NCBI GenBank assembly: GCA_964397195.1
Contig: CAYNGY010000001.1
Coordinates: 70,586-134,585, forward strand
Direction: 5' to 3'
Length of the DNA stretch: 64,000 nucleotides
Origin: an uncultured Gammaproteobacteria bacterium
GTDB lineage: Bacteria; Patescibacteriota; Patescibacteriia; SBBC01; CAIJZX01
Both the position numbers and the translations under genes were made by a program. The notes beneath the pieces are model-generated. The model worked only from the letters and a program-made list of their open reading frames with translations. It was not told the DNA's origin and searched no databases. Shown in pieces: positions 56,120-64,000 of the stretch (position 1 is the first letter of the stretch; each line of letters begins with the position of its first letter).

Positions 56120-56443
56120 ATGAGTACCCCCGACGAGTATTACGGATTTCCTGAGCAAGAACGGGCCCAACAGGAATTTGCTGGCACGGATGCGGAACGC
56201 AATCGCGCGATCATTGAACAGCTCGGGGTGTTACAAAAGCAAGGACGGATCGACGAGCATCTCGTTCGCGACATTATCAGTGGCCTTGATGCACCCAGCG
56301 GCCAGGTCTTTGGAAACGACCAGGTAAAAGTAACCCTTGGTCTGGACGGCCATTACCGTGTGCTCGTGCGCGAGGGTGGCGGCGAATGGACGGTATTCGA
56401 AAACAACGGTCACGAATCCCCGGCCGTGGATCAGGCGGCGTGA
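56120..56443 (+). CDS. Hypothetical protein.
   Basis: ORF only. Confidence 0.35.
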   Translation: MSTPDEYYGFPEQERAQQEFAGTDAERNRAIIEQLGVLQKQGRIDEHLVRDIISGLDAPSGQVFGNDQVKVTLGLDGHYRVLVREGGGEWTVFENNGHESPAVDQAA

Positions 56444-56446
56444 GCG

Positions 56447-56842
56447 TTAGAGCCGAAACGATTCGCTGATGTTTGTGCAGATGCCAGTCGTATCCGTGGC
56501 GGGGATGGCAGTTTGGCTATTCCGAACGTAAATCGGATGGTCAACATATTGGGTGACCGTTGAGGCAATCAGCGCCGCTGATGGCGGGTTTTTTCCGCAC
56601 AGACATTGGACAACCCGGATCCCGGCGTTTGAGGCATCAAGTTCTTCCGCCGTTCCGCACGGGATTTGGTTCCGGCATTCGTACCAGTTGCGAATGAATG
56701 GTTGGACGACATAGTGATCGTACGACTCAACGCACAGCGCCACCTTGACCGAGGTGGATGTGCGCAGCCCAAACCAACCGATGATGAAGAACCCACCAAC
56801 GACAACGACGCCGATGATGAGCAGCGGTGGAAAATACTTCAT
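56447..56842 (-). CDS. Membrane-anchored Cys-rich hypothetical protein.
   Basis: N-terminal TM and eight Cys. Confidence 0.35.
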   Translation of the reverse strand: MKYFPPLLIIGVVVVGGFFIIGWFGLRTSTSVKVALCVESYDHYVVQPFIRNWYECRNQIPCGTAEELDASNAGIRVVQCLCGKNPPSAALIASTVTQYVDHPIYVRNSQTAIPATDTTGICTNISESFRL

Positions 56843-56853
56843 ATGCGTATGTG

Positions 56854-57909
56854 TTAACGAAGCTCGTTTGGGTTGACCATGTAGCTGAGGGCCACTTCTT
56901 CGGTGATCAGCCCGTCGGCATACACTTTTTTGATATTTTGGTCCATGGTGAACATGCCATCCTCGGCGCTGGTTTGGATAGCGGTGCGCACCTGCGCGAT
57001 TTTGTTCTCGCGAATCAGGTTGGCGATCGCCGGTGTATTGATGAGGACCTCGCGCGCGGCGACGCGGCCGCCGTTTACGCCAGCCAACAATTGCTGTGAG
57101 ATAATCCCCTTTAAGAAGAGCGAGATTTGCAGACGGACTTGGTTTTGCTGGTATGGCGGGAAGACGTCGATAATACGATCAATAGTTTGGGCCGCGTTGA
57201 GGGTGTGGAGGGTGGCCAAGACGAGGTGTCCGGTTTCGGCTAAGGTGATGGTTGACGAAATAGTCTCAAGGTCGCGCATTTCTCCGACCATAATTACGTT
57301 CGGGTCTTGGCGGAGGACGTGTTTCAAGCCCTGGGCGAAACTCATCATATCCGTGCCAAGCTGTCGTTGTTTAATAATCGACTTCTTCGGCGGGTAAACG
57401 AATTCAACCGGATCTTCAAGAGTAATAATGTGGGCGGCCTGTTCGGAGTTAATCATGTCGATCATCGCCGCTAAGGTTGTCGACTTTCCCATGCCCGTCG
57501 GACCGGTCACGAGGACGAGGCCCTGCTTCAGACGACACAGATCGTAGGTAATCGGCGGCATGTTCAGCTCTTCCATAGTCGGAATTTTCTGCGAAACGAT
57601 ACGGGCGACCATCCCGGCGCAATCTTTTTCCCAATGCAGGTTAACACGGAATCGACAGATGCCCTTGATTTCGTAGCCAAGGTCAAGTTCACGATCCACG
57701 TCGAATCGCTCTTTCTGTTCAGCCGTCAACAGGCTGTAACACATGTCTTCACACTCTTTGGCTGATAGCGCTTTCCGGTCATCTTGTCGCTCAAGGCGCC
57801 CTTGGATACGAAAAACCGGCGGCAGTCCGGTGACAATATGAATATCCGATGCCTCGACGGAGGCAGCGGCTTTGAAAATCTCGTCGATGATGTTGGTGTT
57901 AGCGACCAT
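56854..57909 (-). CDS. pilT: Type IV pilus retraction ATPase PilT.
   Basis: GLVLVTGPTGMGKSTT Walker A. PilT-specific AIRNLIRE-like IANLIRENKIAQ motif. 351 aa. Confidence 0.9.
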   Translation of the reverse strand: MVANTNIIDEIFKAAASVEASDIHIVTGLPPVFRIQGRLERQDDRKALSAKECEDMCYSLLTAEQKERFDVDRELDLGYEIKGICRFRVNLHWEKDCAGMVARIVSQKIPTMEELNMPPITYDLCRLKQGLVLVTGPTGMGKSTTLAAMIDMINSEQAAHIITLEDPVEFVYPPKKSIIKQRQLGTDMMSFAQGLKHVLRQDPNVIMVGEMRDLETISSTITLAETGHLVLATLHTLNAAQTIDRIIDVFPPYQQNQVRLQISLFLKGIISQQLLAGVNGGRVAAREVLINTPAIANLIRENKIAQVRTAIQTSAEDGMFTMDQNIKKVYADGLITEEVALSYMVNPNELR

Positions 57910-57992
57910 ATTTCCTCTGTATCATAGCGTCTCCATTAGTGACCGTCAACAAAACACGCCCCCGCAAGGAGGGCGTGGATTGAAGAGAGAGA

Positions 57993-58760
57993 CTAAACCT
58001 CGTTGAGGGCCGAGTCGATAATCGACTTAACCTGATCGTAGGTGTAGGCGCCAGGAATCCCGGTGATCGTCTTGCCGCTGTCGGCATTGACGACGAAGGT
58101 GGTTGGCGTACCGGTGGCGCCGCCTTGCGAGCCATCATTGGTCTCATCCGAGACCCGGCTGGCCATGTCGCCACCATCGAGACAGTCCTTGAACTTGGAC
58201 TCGCTCACCCCGACTTCTTTGGCGAGGGCTGGGAGGTTGTCGAGCGAGAATCCGTAACCGTTCGACGTCGTGCGGTCGAAGATTTTGTCGATAAATGAGA
58301 AGTATTTGTCACCACCGCCAAGTTTCCCGACACAGAGGGCCGCTTCGCCTTCTTTCTGGGCGTTGGCGTGGAAGGAGAGCGGGAAATGACGATAGACGAA
58401 GTTCACTTTTCCATCGTAGTCGGTCAAAATCTTATTGACGACCGGGTGAAAGGTTTTGCAGTATGGGCACTCGAGGTCAGAGTACTCAATCAGGGTTATT
58501 TTGGCGTTCTTGTCGCCCCGGACGTAATCTGCGTCCGAAACCTTGGCGACGTCGGAGAAGGTTTGGGTGTCGCCCGTGTTGGCTGCGGCGGCGTCGTTCG
58601 TGTTCGATGTCTTCGAGCCTTTCGAAGAACTATAGCCCATCGTCACAAATAACGTCAGGGCCACGAGAGCGGTTACGCCGATGCCCGTCATAAGACCAAA
58701 GATAAACGTCAGTTTTGGTGACGCGCCTTGGAAGAGTCCGGATGAAGGTGTTTGTTCCAT
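57993..58760 (-). CDS. DsbA-like thiol:disulfide oxidoreductase, membrane-anchored.
   Basis: N-terminal TM. CPYC active site inside a thioredoxin fold. Confidence 0.8.
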   Translation of the reverse strand: MEQTPSSGLFQGASPKLTFIFGLMTGIGVTALVALTLFVTMGYSSSKGSKTSNTNDAAAANTGDTQTFSDVAKVSDADYVRGDKNAKITLIEYSDLECPYCKTFHPVVNKILTDYDGKVNFVYRHFPLSFHANAQKEGEAALCVGKLGGGDKYFSFIDKIFDRTTSNGYGFSLDNLPALAKEVGVSESKFKDCLDGGDMASRVSDETNDGSQGGATGTPTTFVVNADSGKTITGIPGAYTYDQVKSIIDSALNEV

Positions 58761-58826
58761 ACGTGATGTGTTTACTACGTTATGTAGTACAGTATACCAA
58801 GGGCCCGCCGACGACGCAAGGCCGCC

Positions 58827-59066
58827 TTAGGTTGTGGGAAAAATAAGCTGTCCGTCCTCATCGTACAGGCGAATGGCCGAGACCGGGCACCCTTTAGCCG
58901 CATTGAGTAGGGCTTCATCGGTTGCGGTCGAATTTGGGCGGCGGGTCGATTTCTGCTCGTCATCCAAAATAAAACCGTCCGGTGCGAGGGTGACGCACGT
59001 TCCGGCGCCGATACAGAGTTCCCGGTCAATTTCGACGCGGGCAATGCGTCGCGGCTTAGGCGGCAT
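58827..59066 (-). CDS. Small ferredoxin (single 4Fe-4S type).
   Basis: CIGAGTCVTLAP...AAKGCPVSAI. Confidence 0.65.
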   Translation of the reverse strand: MPPKPRRIARVEIDRELCIGAGTCVTLAPDGFILDDEQKSTRRPNSTATDEALLNAAKGCPVSAIRLYDEDGQLIFPTT

Positions 59067-59331
59067 GCGAAGCCGGTGCGTCAATCTCCTCCCAGATGTC
59101 GTTGATGCGCTGGGCGAGGGCGTAGTCTTTCTCAGTCACCTGCCCGACGTCATGCGATGTGAGTGTCATAATCACCGCCAAGGCCGTTAGAATGACGTCC
59201 GGGTGATGATCGAGTTCGTCCGCAACCGTGGCGACGCGGTTTATGAACTGTACGCCGCGAGCAAACGACTTGGTGCGGAACGTGCGGTGGATGGTTTTAT
59301 CCGTTGGGTCCCAGTGAGCGATGCGTGGCAT
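59056..59331 (-). CDS. phhB: Pterin-4a-carbinolamine dehydratase.
   Basis: ELDHHPD...DVGQVTEKDYALAQ PCD signature. Confidence 0.8.
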   Translation of the reverse strand: MPRIAHWDPTDKTIHRTFRTKSFARGVQFINRVATVADELDHHPDVILTALAVIMTLTSHDVGQVTEKDYALAQRINDIWEEIDAPASHAA

Positions 59332-59333
59332 AC

Positions 59334-59582
59334 TTAAGCGTCGTTATCGATTGATTGGTCGTGGCCGCTTGAAAAGGAGGCTTCCGCATCGGGCCAGCGT
59401 GTTTTGAGCTCTTCTTGCATCCCTTCAAGATCATCATCGTCGCTCAGTTGTCCATTCGTTCGTTTTTCTTCGAGCACCTCTTCAACCATGTCGTAGTAGG
59501 CGTCACGGTCAAACGCAGCCTCTTCTTCAAGGCGGGTGATTATTTCATTAAAGATGGCGCTGGAATCAATGATGGTACTCAT
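59334..59582 (-). CDS. Acidic hypothetical protein.
   Basis: Start at MSTIIDS. Asp/Glu-rich. Confidence 0.45.
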   Translation of the reverse strand: MSTIIDSSAIFNEIITRLEEEAAFDRDAYYDMVEEVLEEKRTNGQLSDDDDLEGMQEELKTRWPDAEASFSSGHDQSIDNDA

Positions 59583-59698
59583 ACGATATGGCGTCAACCA
59601 ATAATACCGACAGTATAGCAAAAAAACCTGACCGGTACCGCACCGAGTTGTTGATATCACCTCGTCTGCCAGAAGACAAAAAAGAAGCGCCCCGGTTG

Positions 59699-60064
59699 TT
59701 AGCCGGGGGCAGCGAAGAACGTGCGGATGCGGTCGCCAACAGCGTGGCGTTCGGCGAGGCGCTGGTCATTCCCGGCATTGTCGACAATGGTGCAGAGCTC
59801 GCGATCGTAGCCGGTGTTCTCGAAGAGCTGAAGGATGATCGCCACATCCTCGGGCCGAGACGTGCTGTTCCGAGCGGTCGTTCGCGGCGTGCGCGGGTCG
59901 AGATAGATCTGGCCGAGCTTGAGCGCCAGGTCGTGGTACATGAGCGCCGCGGCCTCGAGACTGGCCGCAACGTGGACCTCGCGGTCGAAAGGGAGACTAG
60001 GCGGGAGCGTCGCTTGGATACTCGGGTCGTTGGAAATGACGAGCACAACGCGATCAGTGGGCAT
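59699..60064 (-). CDS. Receiver-like domain protein.
   Basis: GGAGGA 6 nt upstream of the ATG at 60064. VVLVISNDPSIQATL...VHVAAS...DVAIIL resembles a CheY-like fold. Confidence 0.45.
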   Translation of the reverse strand: MPTDRVVLVISNDPSIQATLPPSLPFDREVHVAASLEAAALMYHDLALKLGQIYLDPRTPRTTARNSTSRPEDVAIILQLFENTGYDRELCTIVDNAGNDQRLAERHAVGDRIRTFFAAPG

Positions 60065-60154
60065 CTGATTCCTCCGTTTCAGAGTGACGGCGTCGCTGGA
60101 TGTCCTATCATGGAAACGAAAAACCAGCAAGTCGGGCGGACCGACCGGGTAGGG

Positions 60155-61807
60155 TTAGTAGATCTCTTCGCGCTTCTCGCGTAAGAATCCAAAGAACCCC
60201 TCGGTCGCTTCGAGGAAGGCCTTCAGCGGGGCTTCAATAATGACGTCGAAGAAGAAGATGAGCACATTCACCTTTGGTGCACGGAGGGCGATCCAGCGTC
60301 CTACCTGGAGAATCGGGACCGTTAAGAAATCGAACAGAACCGAGAAAATATTTTCTCGTTGGTCAACCACCAAGAGCTCTTTCGCGTACAAGCGAACGCG
60401 AATGCCGAAGAAGCTCACAATCGTCAGGAAGAGGAGGAAGATGAAAATGGAGAACGGCGTAAATTCGAAGGCGATCAGCCCGATGATCATTGCCGAAAAA
60501 ATGATCAGCGTCGTCAGGGCGTAAAAGGCGCGGAAAATGTAGGTCACCCACATACTGCGGCGAATCGGCTTACGCGGCTGGATGACGGAGTTGCGTTCAT
60601 CGGCGCGGTAGAGGAGGGCGCTAATCTTTTCTTGTAGTGCTTCAAGATTCTTGGCGCCCGGGACACGGTTCGTAATACCAATCACCAGTAAGATCAGTGG
60701 CGGCACGGTGACGTTAATCAGTAACGGGCGAAGCGGGAAATCACCGCCGGCAGCCATCAGTCGGTCGATCGGCAGTTCGAGCAGGAGTGCCAAGAGCATC
60801 TTGGTAATAAAGACGTAGATGATTGAGCGGATCACGCTCCGGGCAATGCGGCCTTGAGCCGCGCTCCGACGTCGATCGAACACCATGGCCACATCTTCTT
60901 TAACGGTTTCCGGCTCGGCGAGTCGTTCGAGCGAGGCTGGTCCATACTCAGCGACCAAATCTTCGACGGTCCAAAAAATCATGGCGTAGCGCTTCATGAT
61001 CCGCTGAAGAAGTTCCCCGGCTGGATGCAGAAGCTGACTCTCAATCAGGCTATGAATATCTCCGAACTTTGCGCCGAGATCACCAAGGCGATCCGGGTCA
61101 TCCGATGTCCAGTCAACAAATTGGCGACGGACGAGGTGGTAGCGAATAATATTGGCGTCTGATTTCAGGAGGGCGCGATGAATGGCGATGTAGAGCTGGA
61201 TGTTCTTTTCCGACTCCTCAATTTCGCCGGGCGCGAATTGAATATCGCGGTTCGTCACTTCATACATCAGCTCGGCCATCGCTTCATCCGCATCTGTCGG
61301 GGCGAGAAGTTCATTGATTTCAACAGACATCAGGCCATACCAAAAATCCTGGAGCTTGCGCCGGTAACTATCCTCAAGATCGGCTGAAGCGTTGGCCCAG
61401 ATGTAGATATAGCGATTGATAATCAGCGCCGTTTCGTTGACGAGCGTGACCGGGAGCGTACTGTTCGGGAGGTATCGACTGCGAATCAGTTCCAGAATAA
61501 GCGGCTCGGCAACTTGGGTAGCCGTTGCGCCGCTAATCAAACGACGCTTGAGCGTTCGTTCGATCGCATTTTTACGGAGCAAGTGCTCGTCTTGATAGTC
61601 GATGGCATTACGGAGTTTTTCGTACGCCCAGGCGACATTCGAAACGGTGTCATGGACTTCAATCCGCGGAACGGTCGGGTCGTCCTTCTTGGCCGAAAAG
61701 GACGTTAAACGCTGGACGGTGGTCGTGACCAAGTCCGATAATTTTTTTCGTTCCGGCGGCGGTTTAAGGACGCTCGGGGTGATGCGCGACAGTTGCTGAA
61801 TCGGCAT
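60155..61807 (-). CDS. Membrane protein with a ~330-aa cytoplasmic N-terminal domain and a C-terminal polytopic region. Unknown function.
   Basis: 550-aa ORF with five or more C-terminal TM segments. Confidence 0.55.
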   Translation of the reverse strand: MPIQQLSRITPSVLKPPPERKKLSDLVTTTVQRLTSFSAKKDDPTVPRIEVHDTVSNVAWAYEKLRNAIDYQDEHLLRKNAIERTLKRRLISGATATQVAEPLILELIRSRYLPNSTLPVTLVNETALIINRYIYIWANASADLEDSYRRKLQDFWYGLMSVEINELLAPTDADEAMAELMYEVTNRDIQFAPGEIEESEKNIQLYIAIHRALLKSDANIIRYHLVRRQFVDWTSDDPDRLGDLGAKFGDIHSLIESQLLHPAGELLQRIMKRYAMIFWTVEDLVAEYGPASLERLAEPETVKEDVAMVFDRRRSAAQGRIARSVIRSIIYVFITKMLLALLLELPIDRLMAAGGDFPLRPLLINVTVPPLILLVIGITNRVPGAKNLEALQEKISALLYRADERNSVIQPRKPIRRSMWVTYIFRAFYALTTLIIFSAMIIGLIAFEFTPFSIFIFLLFLTIVSFFGIRVRLYAKELLVVDQRENIFSVLFDFLTVPILQVGRWIALRAPKVNVLIFFFDVIIEAPLKAFLEATEGFFGFLREKREEIY

Positions 61808-61868
61808 AGAGTACCATCATTGTACCAGAAATCAGCCGAAAAATCAAGTTCAAGTGGAATTTTTAATA

Positions 61869-62693
61869 CTAACGAAGAAAACCGACGCGGATTTTCTTAA
61901 TACTTATCAAAAACGCAAACAACGTAATAACGATAAATGGTGCGATGATCACCGATCGCAGTGCCGCGGTTACGCCAATCAAGCTGCTTTGCATCATGGC
62001 ATAGGCAACAAAAGACCATATCACCGTCAGGCAAATACCCATCGTTGCCTGAAACTTGCGAAGTGATTTAGTTCGTCGCTCGTCAGCAAATTGGTTCCAT
62101 GTGCTCAACACGACCCCGAAAAACGCACTCAAGACGGCGGGTATGCTCGTAATGAACGGCATGAATGCTGCACTGAAAAAAGTGCCGCGAACCGTATCGG
62201 GGACATCCACGCTCTCCGGCCCGAAAAACGCGTCACTCGTTGCGCCCATAATAACCGTCGAAACATACATGACCGCTAACAAGATCAGGAACACGCGGGC
62301 GGGTCGATGGAAACGAATAACCTGGCGGCCGAGGATGACGCCGGCGAGAATTGGGATAATGAACCAGCGGAGCGTCATGCCCAATTGCAGCAACGCCATG
62401 TCGACATCGCCCACTGTGTCACGATATCGCAAGGCCGGAATAATCTGTATCAGCGTGATGCAAAAAACAATGAGCGCGGGGATGAGCGCCATCTTCGGAA
62501 CGGTATTAAATATTCCGAGATGAACACGATCGATACTTTTCGCTAGACGTATTGGGTTGCCAAGCTCAGCCGGTGAGGATTCAGCCAGATGCGTTTCAAC
62601 TTCGCGCAGTATTTCCTGGCGGCGGTATCCGCCGATGTTCAGGTGGCGGCCAAAAGCCACTAAAAACAAGTTTGATGGTGGCCGTCCTGTCAT
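61869..62693 (-). CDS. DUF1700/HAAS-type N-terminal helical domain fused to a polytopic membrane domain.
   Basis: N-terminal FGRHLNIGGYRRQEILREVETHLAESSPAELGNPIRLAKSI, followed by six TM segments. Confidence 0.55.
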   Translation of the reverse strand: MTGRPPSNLFLVAFGRHLNIGGYRRQEILREVETHLAESSPAELGNPIRLAKSIDRVHLGIFNTVPKMALIPALIVFCITLIQIIPALRYRDTVGDVDMALLQLGMTLRWFIIPILAGVILGRQVIRFHRPARVFLILLAVMYVSTVIMGATSDAFFGPESVDVPDTVRGTFFSAAFMPFITSIPAVLSAFFGVVLSTWNQFADERRTKSLRKFQATMGICLTVIWSFVAYAMMQSSLIGVTAALRSVIIAPFIVITLFAFLISIKKIRVGFLR

Positions 62694-63658
62694 GACGTAA
62701 CTGAGTGATTGAGGGTGGTCGCGGTGTGTTTCTTAACAATGCGTTGCCCCATTTTCCAGATCACCCAAGGGACTGAAATACCCGCGCTCAATATATATGC
62801 GCCATTTTGATTGGCAATCCAGTGGGCTACGGCTTGAATACCAGTCAGGTCCTGGTCTAATGCGATTCCCGTCACGAACGGCGTCGCAAAGACCCCAAAA
62901 ACCATGGCCACAAGATACCAAACCACAAACGTGGCAAAGATGCCGCCTGCGACCTCTGTGAACAACGACGTCTTTTGCTGAAACGATGTTTTTGTTTGCA
63001 GTGGCTTGCTTAACCACGCCGCCATGAACGCAGTTCCAAGCGCGAAGATGTTAGTGATGACGCTTATCCCAAAGGAATTCTTCAGGTTATACCAGAAATC
63101 AAATGGCCGGGCGGCAGAGTCAAATCCTTCATCGCCGAGAAACGCCCCGAAGTATCCGGTTGTTGGGTCGTGTCGCCATTGCAGGTAGATAGCTAAGGTC
63201 AATAACACTATCGGTGCGATGAGCGATGAAATGACGAGCCCACCGAGCGCCATGCCCGGGTGTTGCATCCGTCGTATGGAGATACCCGCCCAGACTGCCG
63301 CGAGGAAAAAGACAATCAGCAGTAGGTTGCTTCCGAGCATCCAGAAACCTAGGCCGACCGCGCTGTCACCAGCGCTTTGCCAGCCATTACTGGAAAGTGA
63401 CGTGACCATCTGGAGCAGGACAAATCCACAAATCACCCATGGGAGTATCAGTAAATTCACTTTCGACCCAAGAAGCCCGATATGTGTGCGATTGTATTTT
63501 CCCGCCAGGTCGATTGGATAGCCGAGCGCCTCAATGGCATTTGCACCCTGCGGCAACTCGTCCAAGTGATGTCGTAGTTCAGCGACGAGCTCACCGCGTT
63601 TCGGTTCGCCGACGCGGAGGTGACGTGTAAAAAGCTTGAGGTACTGTTCATGCGTCAT
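62690..63658 (-). CDS. DUF1700/HAAS-type membrane protein, paralog of the downstream gene.
   Basis: MTHEQYLKLFTRHLRVGEPKRGELVAELRHHLDEL...ALGYPIDLAGKY, followed by TM segments. ATGA-type overlaps on both sides. Confidence 0.55.
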   Translation of the reverse strand: MTHEQYLKLFTRHLRVGEPKRGELVAELRHHLDELPQGANAIEALGYPIDLAGKYNRTHIGLLGSKVNLLILPWVICGFVLLQMVTSLSSNGWQSAGDSAVGLGFWMLGSNLLLIVFFLAAVWAGISIRRMQHPGMALGGLVISSLIAPIVLLTLAIYLQWRHDPTTGYFGAFLGDEGFDSAARPFDFWYNLKNSFGISVITNIFALGTAFMAAWLSKPLQTKTSFQQKTSLFTEVAGGIFATFVVWYLVAMVFGVFATPFVTGIALDQDLTGIQAVAHWIANQNGAYILSAGISVPWVIWKMGQRIVKKHTATTLNHSVTS

Positions 63659-64000
63659 ACAGGTTTCTTCTTCGTTGGTGGTTGTCGCCACAGCTGCGCC
63701 ACGCCGATATACATGCCCGAAAAAATCGCGAACATCCCAACAATAATCGCATTCATGCTTGCGGCCGGGATAATCGCTGACCAGACGGAGACCGGTGCGA
63801 AGTAGTTTTCCATCTGGTCCTCTGGGATAATAAATCCCGTTTGACGATCACGGAATACTGGACCGCCGGTAAATCCGTCTGGCCGGCTGATGATTGCGGT
63901 TTGGTCGAGTTCGGCGCGGCTCAGGTCGACAAATTTACTGCGCGAACCGTAATCCATGCTGGAGAAAAAAACAGTTCCGATCGAAAACGCAAGCAAGAGA
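63655..64000 (-). CDS. Partial CDS (3' part; start lies beyond the window). Membrane protein.
   Basis: ORF reaches the window edge. Confidence 0.3.
   Translation of the reverse strand, partial: LLLAFSIGTVFFSSMDYGSRSKFVDLSRAELDQTAIISRPDGFTGGPVFRDRQTGFIIPEDQMENYFAPVSVWSAIIPAASMNAIIVGMFAIFSGMYIGVAQLWRQPPTKKKPV

Overview
This is a 64 kb, high-GC (roughly 55-60% by eye) bacterial chromosomal segment. Many genes carry clear Shine-Dalgarno sites and intrinsic terminators. The backbone is housekeeping: thioredoxin, a TrxR-fold flavoprotein, gdhA, rfbA, rnhB, ABC transporter, nusA, H+-pyrophosphatase, trigger factor, nfo, family-4 UDG, cfa, pilT, a DsbA-like protein, ferredoxin, PCD, an ECF sigma/anti-sigma pair, Atl, and a T4-endoV-like pyrimidine-dimer glycosylase. 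Six tRNAs are present: Leu-UAA, Gly-GCC and Cys-GCA in a minus-strand cluster, Gly-UCC, Arg-UCG and Pro-UGG. Between the housekeeping genes sit compositionally distinct accessory patches. No rRNA, CRISPR array, integrase or transposase was recognised. The main points of interest are these. (1) The tRNA-Arg has a perfect 21-bp duplication of its 3' end 128 bp downstream, which looks like an att site. A lower-GC cargo follows, including a PI3K/PI4K-like kinase-fold protein, with a secreted FG-GAP-repeat protein carrying a T9SS-type C-terminal sorting domain before tRNA-Pro. (2) A putative operon of three PlsC acyltransferase domains (a tandem fusion plus a third gene), a PaaK/F390-synthetase-like adenylating enzyme, and a NUDIX hydrolase. 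(3) A free-standing unit of promoter, ~245-nt structured non-coding region and terminator, read here as a candidate sRNA. Its own promoter then drives a four-gene operon of unknown proteins, two of them with arginine-rich N-termini. (4) A single-cysteine CsoR/RcnR-family repressor with a GC-core palindromic operator, upstream of a WCYPC thioredoxin and a cysteine-free TrxR-fold flavoprotein. (5) Two TrmB-family regulators, one next to a dense array of TTGTCAA/TTGACAA palindromes. (6) A nested-hairpin terminator element present in two copies. (7) Degenerate receiver domains, an orphan ParB-like protein, and small basic or hydrophobic ORFs.
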